This document shows positions 7,912 through 16,186 of a stretch of 32,067 bases of DNA, piece by piece. Origin of the DNA: a virus (Duplodnaviria; Heunggongvirae; Uroviricota; Caudoviricetes); IMG/VR virus record IMGVR_UViG_3300001919_000084. One strand, 5' to 3'. Both the position numbers and the translations under genes were made by a program. The number at the start of each line of letters is the position of its first letter. Within the stretch, counting starts at the first letter, position 1. Under the pieces are notes generated by a model, which was not told where the DNA came from, searched no databases, and saw only the letters and a list, made by a program, of their open reading frames with translations.

Positions 7912-9093
7912 CACGTACTCTATAAACATCTTCTCAGCCTGTTCTTGTGGCGTTCCAGCCATGACAAGCGCATCAATGAACGCCTGCTTCTTCAGTGCGA
8001 ACTGATCGGCAAGGCGTTGCTGAAGTTCCTTATTTTTCTGTTTCTCACGTTGCAAGGCCGCTTCTTTTGCAGCCGCCCGTTTTTTCTGTGCGTCTGACAA
8101 CTTTCTGGCCCTGGTCAATTGGTCACGTAGCTTGTCGATCTTGCCGTTGTCCTTTGCCAGTTTTGTACTTAAAGCTGCCTGGCGCTTCTGATAGAGCCTC
8201 CATTCGCGTTTGGCGGCTTCAACGTTCGTTTTACTGCTACGATTGCGATTAAACTCCTTCTCGTCTTCTTTTGAGAAGTGTTTGGTTGTACGGCGGCGAT
8301 CGTCACCAAATGCAATTTGCGTTGCAGCCTTTTGTAGCGCACGAGCAATACTCATTTGCCAACTGGCGGACTGTAACCGCGTCATTGAGTGGATCACGTG
8401 TTTACAGGCGACGCCTTGCAGCTTCGGGTTGCGAACTTTTGGATAGGCGTATTCTTTTGGCGGTGCCAGGGCAAAGTTACCCGCAGTGGCGATGTAACGA
8501 TACCAGTATTGATGACGACCACAGTCACAATCGAAAGACACTCGCCCGGCGCACAGTGATTTAGTGATTTTGAGAGCTGATTTATCGTCTTCTGCGATGT
8601 CATCAACCATCTGATCCCATTCTTCAAAGCGTATCCGGACGATATGGTGCTGGTGGACGGATATATCCGATGCTTCTACGCGGATATTAATCACATTGTG
8701 GCGAAGAGATACGGGTGTAGCTCTTTTGATACCAGATCCGTCATCCACGGCGTTATTTGCACGCTTAATATCGATTGCCTGGCTGGATGCCACCAGCTGG
8801 GCGTATGTGATGCCAGCCGTCTTGCTGTCATATTTTTCGCGCGTTTTACTCCGTAGCTTTTCGAAACCTTTCAGGTCGTCTCGCGTGAAGAACGTGCCGC
8901 CTTTTTTCTTCCCTAACTTGAGAATATCTTCGGCGGATTTGTTCCTCAGTCTACCTGGCGTCAGCGTCCGGTGAGCTTGTCGGCGCTTACGGGTTTGTTC
9001 TTTCCTGATAAGCTCGAATAAACGCGTGAAGTCCTTAGAGGACAGGCCGTCAGTGATATAGCGCCCGTCCTGGTTTTTCAGGAAATCAGGCAT
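7900..9093 (-). CDS. hypothetical protein with SWIM-type CxC...CxH motif and K/R/E/Q-rich coiled-coil tail
   Basis: 397 aa; FDCDCGRHQYWYRYIATAGNF...ACKHV fits a SWIM zinc-finger pattern; C-terminal 120 aa are charged and helical. Confidence 0.55.
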   Translation of the reverse strand: MPDFLKNQDGRYITDGLSSKDFTRLFELIRKEQTRKRRQAHRTLTPGRLRNKSAEDILKLGKKKGGTFFTRDDLKGFEKLRSKTREKYDSKTAGITYAQLVASSQAIDIKRANNAVDDGSGIKRATPVSLRHNVINIRVEASDISVHQHHIVRIRFEEWDQMVDDIAEDDKSALKITKSLCAGRVSFDCDCGRHQYWYRYIATAGNFALAPPKEYAYPKVRNPKLQGVACKHVIHSMTRLQSASWQMSIARALQKAATQIAFGDDRRRTTKHFSKEDEKEFNRNRSSKTNVEAAKREWRLYQKRQAALSTKLAKDNGKIDKLRDQLTRARKLSDAQKKRAAAKEAALQREKQKNKELQQRLADQFALKKQAFIDALVMAGTPQEQAEKMFIEYVKKA

Positions 9094-9415
9094 TTTCTAT
9101 CTCCGGTTCCGCGCTCGCGTAATCACGGATCTTGTTCCTCAGCCATGCCACATCAGGAAGAGTTAACGTGGTCCCGGCGGGCATTTCTTCCATTTCTGAC
9201 TCATGGCCCACCAGCACCCGGAATACCCAGCGCAAATCTGCATTGCCATACGCCCGGTAGGCTGCAAGGTCTGAACGATATACTTCATCAATCTTTATCG
9301 TGTACTGGAAATTATCAGAGTGATACTCCGATACCCGCTTAATCATTTCCTGGTGAAACAGCGCACGAAAAATATCGTCTTCAATGTACCTATCGTCGAG
9401 TCTGCTATAGCCCAT
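9086..9415 (-). CDS. hypothetical protein (109 aa)
   Basis: ATG at 9415 with GAGAGG 7 nt upstream; 8-nt overlap with the downstream gene. Confidence 0.55.
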   Translation of the reverse strand: MGYSRLDDRYIEDDIFRALFHQEMIKRVSEYHSDNFQYTIKIDEVYRSDLAAYRAYGNADLRWVFRVLVGHESEMEEMPAGTTLTLPDVAWLRNKIRDYASAEPEIENA

Positions 9416-9608
9416 AACAAAGCCTCTCAGTCATAACCTGGGGGAAACTGTATGCAGGGTGTGAAATGCGAGAAACAGACAGGCCACCAGTTCAGGGGGA
9501 TGTGGCTCATAAATCCCCTCACTGGTGACAAGTGACTTTCATTAATCTTTATGCGGGGGCCAGCTTCATTTGCTGGCATTAGATTAAAAATTAAACGGAG
9601 TGAATGAC

Positions 9609-9743
9609 ATGGATGTTATCTTCGAATTATTAATTCTAATTGATCTGTTTATGAACGCTTCATTGACCACTCAAATACTCGCGTCAATATTTTTGTTACT
9701 CTTCTACCTGGTGTTGAGGGAGTTAACAAAGCTACTAATGTGA
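9609..9743 (+). CDS. small hydrophobic peptide (44 aa), candidate
   Basis: MDVIFELLILIDLFMNASLTTQILASIFLLLFYLVLRELTKLLM; GGAG 9 nt upstream; lies in a 328-bp gap between two minus-strand genes and ends next to the convergent stop codon. Too short for the ORF track. Confidence 0.25.
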   Translation: MDVIFELLILIDLFMNASLTTQILASIFLLLFYLVLRELTKLLM

Positions 9744-10397
9744 TCAAAGTATCACGGTATCTTCATCAACTTCTTTCCCAGCCAGTGACTTTGGCTGGGA
9801 GGTGCCTGCTTTAACTTTTTCATGCCCAATAATGGAAAGGAACGAAGCGAGTATGCCTGTTTTTTGCTCTTTCTCGACTGTACCGGTCATCTGCTCTACG
9901 TAATCCGCACTGGCAACGTTGTGGTATACGGTCGCGTAGCAACACAGGATCATCAGAATATGCTCCGGCCTGATATCCTGCCAGTTCACCCTGTAGACTT
10001 CTTCTCCGTTACCGTTGTATTCGGTATCAACGATAGAGTCGGGGATTTCGAAAGCACCTTTGTTATTTTGCGGCAGGGATAATAGTTTCTGGAGTTTTAA
10101 CTCTTTGTATCTTTCCATCCCGACGATGATTGCTGCTCTACCATCGGCATGACGGGTCTTGAGAGTCACCTGGCTTGCTCCGGTGCCAGCGGAGATCGTT
10201 GGCGTAATTTCGTCTACCAGTACCTTAAATTTGCTTTTCCGCAGGGCTGCTATAGCTGGAGGAATTTTTTGCTTTTGCTCCAATGCTGACGCGGGAAGGG
10301 GTTTTACTTCGTTAATAATGAGAGCACCGTCTTTCAGTATTGCAGTGAGCATTTGAGGCTTGCTGGTGGTCAGGCTGAATATTGCGATCTTTTCCAT
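9744..10397 (-). CDS. hypothetical protein (217 aa)
   Basis: ORF 9744-10439 trimmed to ATG at 10397 with strong SD GGAGGAAGGA 7 nt upstream; the listed first codon is GTG. Confidence 0.6.
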   Translation of the reverse strand: MEKIAIFSLTTSKPQMLTAILKDGALIINEVKPLPASALEQKQKIPPAIAALRKSKFKVLVDEITPTISAGTGASQVTLKTRHADGRAAIIVGMERYKELKLQKLLSLPQNNKGAFEIPDSIVDTEYNGNGEEVYRVNWQDIRPEHILMILCCYATVYHNVASADYVEQMTGTVEKEQKTGILASFLSIIGHEKVKAGTSQPKSLAGKEVDEDTVIL

Positions 10398-10424
10398 TGT
10401 CCTTCCTCCACGGATGACGGATAC

Positions 10425-10449
10425 AAAAAAAGGCCGCACATGGCGGCCT
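10425..10449 (-). terminator. leader terminator/attenuator candidate upstream of the 9744-10397 gene
   Basis: On the minus strand: aggccgc-catgt-gcggcct followed by T7, ending about 27 nt before the ATG at 10397. Confidence 0.45.
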
Positions 10450-10742
10450 GCTTTGGCGTTATGACTCCCTACCGCGCTTCGGCTGAAAGTTAATCGTCAA
10501 AAGAACCTTCAACGGGAGCCGTTAGCGCGATGGATTATGTGCAGTTTGTGATTTCCAAAATAGTGTCAACCACTTTTTGTGGATTTTATTTTTTGACAGA
10601 AATTTGGCCTAAATCATGTTGATTTGGCTGATTATTTTTATAACATAAAAGTCATTTTGATTGCATGAAGGACGGTGCAGTGAAGTTAAGGGTTTTAGGG
10701 ACCGCGCTCGCGGCTAAGATGGTAAGGTATGGAGTTAATGAA

Positions 10743-11564
10743 ATGTTTTTTATAAAAAATGGAAAAAGATTTTCCTCAACAATACTAGCTACTGTTGTTG
10801 CTCTTTTTGTCCCCACACTCACCTTTGCTTATGATTTTAGCAAAATTGACTGCAATTCCCCTAAAACTAGGCAGATGTTAATCGATGATTATAATGAACT
10901 GCTGAAGGACGATCAGGAAGCAATTTCTGTAATCGATGCTTATAATCAGATCAATGAGATAAGAGAAAAAAATAAGCTCCAATGCCTGGGAACGTATGAA
11001 TTCTCAGATGGAAGTGCGCTTAGGGTTAGATATAAGTTATATTTAAATAGCCTCGGCACCCCCATATATGAATTTGCTCCAGTTGAGGAGTTAACGCAAG
11101 ATGACGTAAGCGCATCTATCCAAAATATCCCTGCAACCACAGCGAGTAAGGCTGGAGGGAATGAAGAAACGTACTCCTGTAAAGTGGCTGTAACCTACAA
11201 TGGAAAGCGCTCTAACTATATGGGGGATACTGGAGTCTGGGATCGTGTGATTACTGACTATGGCACTTATTTCTCATGGGATTTGCCGCGCGGAAATCGA
11301 GGCAATAGTACAGGCCAGGATGCTTTTAGTGGCATGGACGAATCAAAGCCAGCATTAGAAAATAAGCTGGTGAGAAAGGAAGTCGAAAAAGATGGTAGCG
11401 TGGTTGATGAATTTAGGACTGATGTAAGTTATGGGGAAAAACAACCAGTTCATAAGTTTGTATATGCTCGTAGAATAAAACCTACAGGCATGAGAGAGTA
11501 TTATGTTACGGATTTAACAGACAAGCGGGCGTTTATGTTTCTGAATTGTCAGAGAGATTCGTGA
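10743..11564 (+). CDS. secreted protein of unknown function (signal peptide)
   Basis: ORF 10665-11564 trimmed to ATG at 10743 (GGAG 8 nt upstream); N-terminus MFFIKNGKRFSSTILATVVALFVPTLTFA is signal-peptide-like; AT-rich. Confidence 0.6.
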   Translation: MFFIKNGKRFSSTILATVVALFVPTLTFAYDFSKIDCNSPKTRQMLIDDYNELLKDDQEAISVIDAYNQINEIREKNKLQCLGTYEFSDGSALRVRYKLYLNSLGTPIYEFAPVEELTQDDVSASIQNIPATTASKAGGNEETYSCKVAVTYNGKRSNYMGDTGVWDRVITDYGTYFSWDLPRGNRGNSTGQDAFSGMDESKPALENKLVRKEVEKDGSVVDEFRTDVSYGEKQPVHKFVYARRIKPTGMREYYVTDLTDKRAFMFLNCQRDS

Positions 11565-11571
11565 TTGATAT

Positions 11572-11600
11572 AGCAGGCTTACTATTAAGCCTGCTTTTTG
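11572..11600. terminator. bidirectional rho-independent terminator
   Basis: Stem agcaggctt / aagcctgct with loop actatt, then T5; sits between convergent genes. Confidence 0.55.
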
Positions 11601-11603
11601 GCT

Positions 11604-11963
11604 TTACTCGGTAATAGTTTTGCAGTTGTTTTGATTTAATGACAATCCTAGCTTGCTAGCAGCCAACTCATTTTCTGTGTGAGAACCAGCAAAAATGAAG
11701 CCTTGTTTTATCTTATTTACGGTGAAATATTTATTATACATGAACGCCCAGATAAATGAGGCAATCCACGGGCCAATTCCGGCTGTGAGGAATGCCAGTA
11801 TCAGCATCACTACGAATACCCCAATAAAAGTTATAAAGTCTTTCCTGAACAAAGCTGGAAAAGCACCAAACAAGAATGTAGTCCAGGAAAAACCATAAAA
11901 ACCGGTGATTGATTCGCCAGTTTGAGGGTTTTCAAGTTTAATTTTAGTAGCCACGATTATCAT
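11604..11963 (-). CDS. small inner-membrane protein (DUF2628-like)
   Basis: 119 aa; GFYGFSWTTFLFGAFPALFRKDF and a second hydrophobic segment; AT-rich. Confidence 0.5.
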   Translation of the reverse strand: MIIVATKIKLENPQTGESITGFYGFSWTTFLFGAFPALFRKDFITFIGVFVVMLILAFLTAGIGPWIASFIWAFMYNKYFTVNKIKQGFIFAGSHTENELAASKLGLSLNQNNCKTITE

Positions 11964-12099
11964 CCTTTTACATAAAAAACATATAGTTATAGTGCTGTGT
12001 GAGATTCTAATGTTACTAATTTACACTTTGTAATGCAATTAAATAACTTTAGGCAGTGAAAGTAACTATTCGTGGCAGACTATCGTTAAGACCTTTCAA

Positions 12100-12384
12100 T
12101 TATGGTTGCTGTAAGTGGAGGGGAACAGCCTGTTCTATCATCTCGCGTATCAAGCCAACTTCAAGTAGTTCCTCGGATTCCCAGTATCTGTTTGTCACCA
12201 GATCCAGGCTGGCTATGACCTTGTGCCGGTCATTCGGCATAGCCAATTTTTCTGCTATAACCATCAGTGAAAACTCTTCATCCAGTAGAATTTGATACCA
12301 GTTTTTTGATAGTTCCACTTCCCTTATGAGACGGAAACGTCGCTGGATTGTGGCAGCAGAGTAAGTGAAATCTATTTTCTTCAT
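12100..12384 (-). CDS. hypothetical protein (94 aa)
   Basis: ORF downstream of the antirepressor-like gene, separated from it by a GC hairpin (gccccgg...ccggggc, about 12408-12428). Confidence 0.5.
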   Translation of the reverse strand: MKKIDFTYSAATIQRRFRLIREVELSKNWYQILLDEEFSLMVIAEKLAMPNDRHKVIASLDLVTNRYWESEELLEVGLIREMIEQAVPLHLQQP

Positions 12385-12443
12385 CGTGCGGAGAATCCGG
12401 TTATTTAGTAGTTAAAGCCCCGGACAGGCCGGGGCAACAGTAA

Positions 12444-13370
12444 TTAACTAACAATCCAGTCCGTAGCAACAACATCCTCTGGAGCTAAATCAATCGCATG
12501 GATTTTCCCATCCCGGATAGTGCGCCAGTGCTTTCGTGATCCACCTTCGGGCCATACCCATACACCTTCAGGCCAAGATGCTCGACGGCATACGATTGCA
12601 TACCCTGTTTTAATCCTCTCTCTGGCGGTATGCAACGACAGGTTTGCCTTTGGACTTTCAGGCACAGGATGGTGGATTGCCTGAAACATCCCCATCTTTG
12701 GATGATACCAGCGTTTATTGCGTGGTTCTGCCTCCGACATCACCTGCTTAAAGGCTTTCCGGAAGGGGGCCAGGGCCACAATGGAGCGTCTCGCAAGCAA
12801 ACCATCTGGAGTTAAAAACTCATGCGTATCGGTGGGAATCCGGTAAGCGTTGACAAGGTTGCGGCATTTGGCTTCAGTCAGGCCACATTTCGCCGCCAGC
12901 TGGCGGTAGCCAATGTAGCCTTCCGGCATATTGCCTTTCTTGATTTGCTCGACGGTTTCAGCGACTTTGGACACTTGTGCCGATACTTCGGCTACCTGGG
13001 CATTAACGGCGTTGATCCGGCGTTCATGCTCAAGATGCATTTGCGCCATTTCAGCCAGGATTTCGGCTTTTGATTTTAACTGTACCCGGGCATTCTCCAG
13101 TTCGCGCCAGCGGTCCACCAGCCGGGCGGTAAATTCGGGAGAGAGCTGTGCGACGACGACAATACTATCGCGCTTGCCTTGCTCGCCTTCGAAGACGTAA
13201 TAGCTCGCCGGGCGGCCTGCGGTGGGCTTTTCCTCAATTTGAGGAAAAGATATTACCCCCCGTTCCGCCAGGTGTTCAATGGTGCGTTTAACGTTATCAG
13301 GGCGCTTACCTACCAGTTCCGCGATCTCAATGCTGGTCATTGTCGCTTTTTGAGAGATGGACAGATTCAT
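12444..13370 (-). CDS. Rha/Ant-family phage antirepressor-like regulatory protein
   Basis: 308 aa; N-terminal MTSIEIAELVGKRPDNVKRTIEHLAERGVISFP resembles the Rha/Bro-N regulatory domain; ATG overlaps the stop of the upstream small gene (ATGA). Confidence 0.65.
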   Translation of the reverse strand: MNLSISQKATMTSIEIAELVGKRPDNVKRTIEHLAERGVISFPQIEEKPTAGRPASYYVFEGEQGKRDSIVVVAQLSPEFTARLVDRWRELENARVQLKSKAEILAEMAQMHLEHERRINAVNAQVAEVSAQVSKVAETVEQIKKGNMPEGYIGYRQLAAKCGLTEAKCRNLVNAYRIPTDTHEFLTPDGLLARRSIVALAPFRKAFKQVMSEAEPRNKRWYHPKMGMFQAIHHPVPESPKANLSLHTARERIKTGYAIVCRRASWPEGVWVWPEGGSRKHWRTIRDGKIHAIDLAPEDVVATDWIVS

Positions 13371-13585
13371 CAGTGCACCTCCACGCAGTTCATCGGCAGA
13401 TTCCAGTAATTGAGGATCTCCATCGCATCAAGAGTGAAGCGAGCAGCAAAAATGCAGGGTTCTTCGGGAAGGTATGAGCGCGCTTCTGCTTCGGTTGCAG
13501 CCATGACGCAGATATAGAGGTGTTTTTGGCAGGAATAGAAACGCCAGATAAATTCAGAATGAGTTGGGGTGGGGATAGTAGCCAT
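13370..13585 (-). CDS. small protein translationally coupled to the antirepressor gene (icd-like position)
   Basis: 71 aa; strong SD AAGGAGG 8 nt upstream of ATG at 13585; its stop overlaps the antirepressor ATG. Confidence 0.5.
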   Translation of the reverse strand: MATIPTPTHSEFIWRFYSCQKHLYICVMAATEAEARSYLPEEPCIFAARFTLDAMEILNYWNLPMNCVEVH

Positions 13586-13700
13586 ATTGGCAGCCTCCTT
13601 TGACTAAGTTAAGGAGCTACCGCGTGAGGTTCCAATCTCAATGGCGGTAGCACTGACTGGGTTGGAACTACCGGCGTCAAAGGGAACCGGCCTGCCTTTC
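13586..13700 (-). promoter_or_regulatory. structured 5' leader of the small-gene/antirepressor operon
   Basis: On the mRNA strand a CTCCTT segment lies 10 nt upstream of the AAGGAGG SD and can pair with it; further complementary pairs are gctaccgc/gcggtagc and ggttccaa/ttggaact. Confidence 0.3.
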
Positions 13701-13898
13701 GGCAGCCCAGCCAGCACTACCATTGATCTCTGAGCTAAACGCTACGTATGGCTGTGCGATGGCATGACACAAAAAAAGACGCTTTCGGCGTCTGTGTCGC
13801 CTTTGACATTATCCGGGGTTCCAATCCCGGCACCCGTTTTTCTAAGGTGCCGTAGAAATATACCCCACGATAATGCCAGGGCGCAACAGTCTGTATTT

Positions 13899-14066
13899 TT
13901 ATGCTTTGGTGGATTTCTTCCTGGCTTGCTTGCAGGCGTAGGCCATTGCTTTAGCCTTCACTTCATCCAGCTTCCCGGTGATCACTTCTTTTCCGAGAGT
14001 GACAAACCAGTCATAGCAACCGCCAGTGATGTTCTGGATTTGAAAGTTGAGGTAGCGAACGGTCAT
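13899..14066 (-). CDS. small protein (55 aa), candidate
   Basis: ATG at 14066 with GGGGGTG 5 nt upstream; MTVRYLNFQIQNITGGCYDWFVTLGKEVITGKLDEVKAKAMAYACKQARKKSTKA. Preferred over the overlapping plus-strand ORF 13764-14144. Confidence 0.3.
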   Translation of the reverse strand: MTVRYLNFQIQNITGGCYDWFVTLGKEVITGKLDEVKAKAMAYACKQARKKSTKA

Positions 14067-14397
14067 TTTGACACCCCCAGCGCGAGTAAAGAATGCAGAT
14101 TATCGCGTGAGTGGTGGACGACGAGTGATGGGGAAAGACTGTAGTTGTTCATAGTGTAGTGACTCCTTGCTTTCGGAGCCGCCATCGACTGTTCCACGGT
14201 CTGGTGGCGGCGCAATAAAGGCTGGAACACCGTGAGTCAACGGGGGCTTTTCAGCCACCTATATTGCACCGCCATAGGTATGGCGGCGGCAATAATACGA
14301 AAAACTAAATAGTTTGTCTCAAAAAGTTGACCGGTGTGCCAATCGGTAGTGAATGTACATCGGAGTGTTTTTCAATTCAACTTAAAATGTTAGAAAA

Positions 14398-14976
14398 CTA
14401 ATTTATCAATTCAATCGCCATCAGATACAACGTCATTTCATCGGCATTGTGCCGCATGAAATCTGCTTTTCCGCCTATTTTTCCATCAGCATGAACAGGG
14501 ACCAGCCAGGGATATTGGTCTCGGACCTCGGCTGGCGCTGCGTACTGGTGGTGCCATTTACACAAAGGGAGGACATATTTATGCGCGTTCTCTGCCGTTC
14601 TCCCGAAGATATGGTGCAGGGATACCACTGGGCTATGTTGCCCGTGAATATGGCAGGCAATGCAGGGGAGAGTACCGATAGCGGTCTGTATCCGGCGTTC
14701 ATCGGCTGTGAGTGATCTGCCCTTCAGGCCGCGTGACGTGCGTGTTTTTTTGGGCGGAGCGGATACAGATTTATCTTTTCTCCGCTGTTCATATTGTTTT
14801 GCTTTTTCAATTTTCTTTTGCCGATATTCAGGCGATGCGGCTTTTTCTCTCGCTCGCTGCTGCTGGCGTTGAGCTTGTTGAAGGCGCTTTGCCCTTTGTT
14901 CCTCTCGCCAGGCCGGGTCAGCCAATTTTTGCATGGCTTTTTGTCTCTGTTTCTCCCAATAACTCTGTTTCTGCAT
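14398..14976 (-). CDS. Ref-like HNH-type nuclease (recombination enhancement function-like)
   Basis: 192 aa; N-terminal ~85 aa K/R/Q/E-rich, C-terminal LPCIACHIHG...SLHHIFGR...LPLCKWHH Cys/His motif. Architecture and size fit P1 Ref as I recall it. Confidence 0.5.
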   Translation of the reverse strand: MQKQSYWEKQRQKAMQKLADPAWREEQRAKRLQQAQRQQQRAREKAASPEYRQKKIEKAKQYEQRRKDKSVSAPPKKTRTSRGLKGRSLTADERRIQTAIGTLPCIACHIHGQHSPVVSLHHIFGRTAENAHKYVLPLCKWHHQYAAPAEVRDQYPWLVPVHADGKIGGKADFMRHNADEMTLYLMAIELIN

Positions 14977-15024
14977 GATGGCAGTCTCTTACTTTTCAAC
15001 GATTTTTCTATGATTGATTAAAAT

Positions 15025-15054
15025 GGTTAGATATTCAAAATTGATTTTCTAACA
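15025..15054. promoter_or_regulatory. inverted repeat GTTAGA-N16-TCTAACA (operator-like site 2) with embedded promoter-like hexamers
   Basis: ggttagatattcaaaattgattttctaaca in the divergent region between the Ref-like gene and the rightward operon. TTGATT (15041-15046) and TAATAT (15063-15068) are spaced 16 bp. Confidence 0.4.
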
Positions 15055-15096
15055 CAAAACATTAATATCATCACTGATAAATGTTTGGAGGACATG

Positions 15097-15249
15097 ATGC
15101 TTATAGCTTTAAGTGCGATCCACCAGCCATCTGTGAATGAGATTGGCCTGTTCTATGTGTTTTTTTTCGGGGCGTTGGCGCTACTTGAATTAGGTATTGA
15201 GCTTTTTGCCGTGCTGATGTTTTTCGTCACGATGCTGGGGAAATTTTGA
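15097..15249 (+). CDS. small hydrophobic membrane peptide (50 aa)
   Basis: GGAGG at 15087-15091, ATG at 15097; MLIALSAIHQPSVNEIGLFYVFFFGALALLELGIELFAVLMFFVTMLGKF; its TGA overlaps the next ATG. Confidence 0.4.
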   Translation: MLIALSAIHQPSVNEIGLFYVFFFGALALLELGIELFAVLMFFVTMLGKF

Positions 15250-15872
15250 TGGTGAGATGTGTTTTGAAAATTTACATCGCGGGGCCGATGACTGGTTATC
15301 CCGACTACAACCGCACAGCGTTTTTTTCGAAAGCAAAAGAGCTGATGGAGGAAGGGCATATTGTTCTGAATCCGGCGCTGTTACCTGCTGGCCTCTGCCA
15401 GAGCGAATACATGGATATTTGTCTGGCAATGGTGCGTTCTGCTGATGCGATCTATCTGCTTAAGGGATGGGATGTGTCCGCAGGAGCACGTGCAGAACAC
15501 GCTCTGGCTGAAAAACTGGGGTTGACGGTAATTTATGAAGCACCATCTGACACAGATTGCAGAATGGCAGCGCATCTTTACCGTGAACTGGTCGATGCAT
15601 TACGTGATGTTGCTATTGAATGTCACGGCACGGATCAGCTTCGCGCCCGCTTAAGCAATACCCTTTCCAGTTACCTGTCTTTAGCTGAAGGATACAACCT
15701 CCGGCAGCGGAGAATGGTCAAATTAATCACGCGTTTATCTCAATCCCTGGCAAATGCCGAACCAACTAATCCGCTACCTAATGACGCAATGAATTATCTG
15801 AAGTCATGCGGCGTTGTTTCTGAAGATGCAGTTCGTTTTGTGGAGTTTATGTCTCAGAGGATGTCGGCGTGA
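15249..15872 (+). CDS. DUF4406 (nucleoside 2-deoxyribosyltransferase-like) protein with C-terminal extension
   Basis: KIYIAGPMTGYPDYNRTAFF...HIVLNPALLP...ADAIYLLKGWDVSAGARAEHALAEKLGLTV fits the DUF4406 pattern; C-terminal segment LYRELVDALRDVAIECHGTDQLRARL is shared with the 23425-24627 protein. Confidence 0.6.
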   Translation: MVRCVLKIYIAGPMTGYPDYNRTAFFSKAKELMEEGHIVLNPALLPAGLCQSEYMDICLAMVRSADAIYLLKGWDVSAGARAEHALAEKLGLTVIYEAPSDTDCRMAAHLYRELVDALRDVAIECHGTDQLRARLSNTLSSYLSLAEGYNLRQRRMVKLITRLSQSLANAEPTNPLPNDAMNYLKSCGVVSEDAVRFVEFMSQRMSA

Positions 15873-16186
15873 GCTGGCGGGGATGGGGAAGGGCAGAAAT
15901 CATGATACTCCGCCAGTGCGCCGGAACTATGACGGTCGAGAGTATTGGGAAGCTGATCGGTCGTACCGGTGATGCCGTCAGGACTAAAGCGCGGGAGTTG
16001 GGGATCAGCATGATTCTGAAAGGAGACTTTCATCCGTCAGCCAAATACCGGCAGAGCGATATAGAACTGGCACGGCAGCTTCATCAGTGTGGTGTTCCCC
16101 GCCGTGAGATCGCGGAAAAACTCGAAATGCCCCTGGGCATGATTAATCAGTACGTTTATTTCGAAAGGAGAGTGTATGAAGTCTGA
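15869..16186 (+). CDS. putative HTH DNA-binding protein
   Basis: 105 aa, GTG start overlapping the upstream stop (alternative ATG at 15902); TVESIGKLIGRTGDAVRTKARELGI and VPRREIAEKLEMPLG look like HTH segments. Confidence 0.45.
   Translation: MSWRGWGRAEIMILRQCAGTMTVESIGKLIGRTGDAVRTKARELGISMILKGDFHPSAKYRQSDIELARQLHQCGVPRREIAEKLEMPLGMINQYVYFERRVYEV

Noticed and set aside
12408-12428. GC hairpin between the antirepressor and the 94-aa gene as a terminator
   Set aside because: No T-run on the transcribed strand; more likely an intercistronic stability hairpin, left unannotated.
13620-13645. tRNA T-arm-like segment (gaggttccaatctca)
   Set aside because: The flanking sequence does not form a 5-bp T-stem or a cloverleaf; treated as part of the structured leader instead.
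13764-14144. Plus-strand ORF (126 aa)
   Set aside because: Pro/Ser/Leu/Cys-rich shadow-like composition and no SD; the minus-strand 55-aa ORF with an SD (13899-14066) is the better model, and even that is low confidence.
15246-15248. ORF-track start codons taken at face value (for example 15246, 26470, 10439, 5997)
   Set aside because: These first codons are TTG/GTG read as Met by the ORF caller; downstream ATGs with proper SD spacing or ATGA coupling were preferred.
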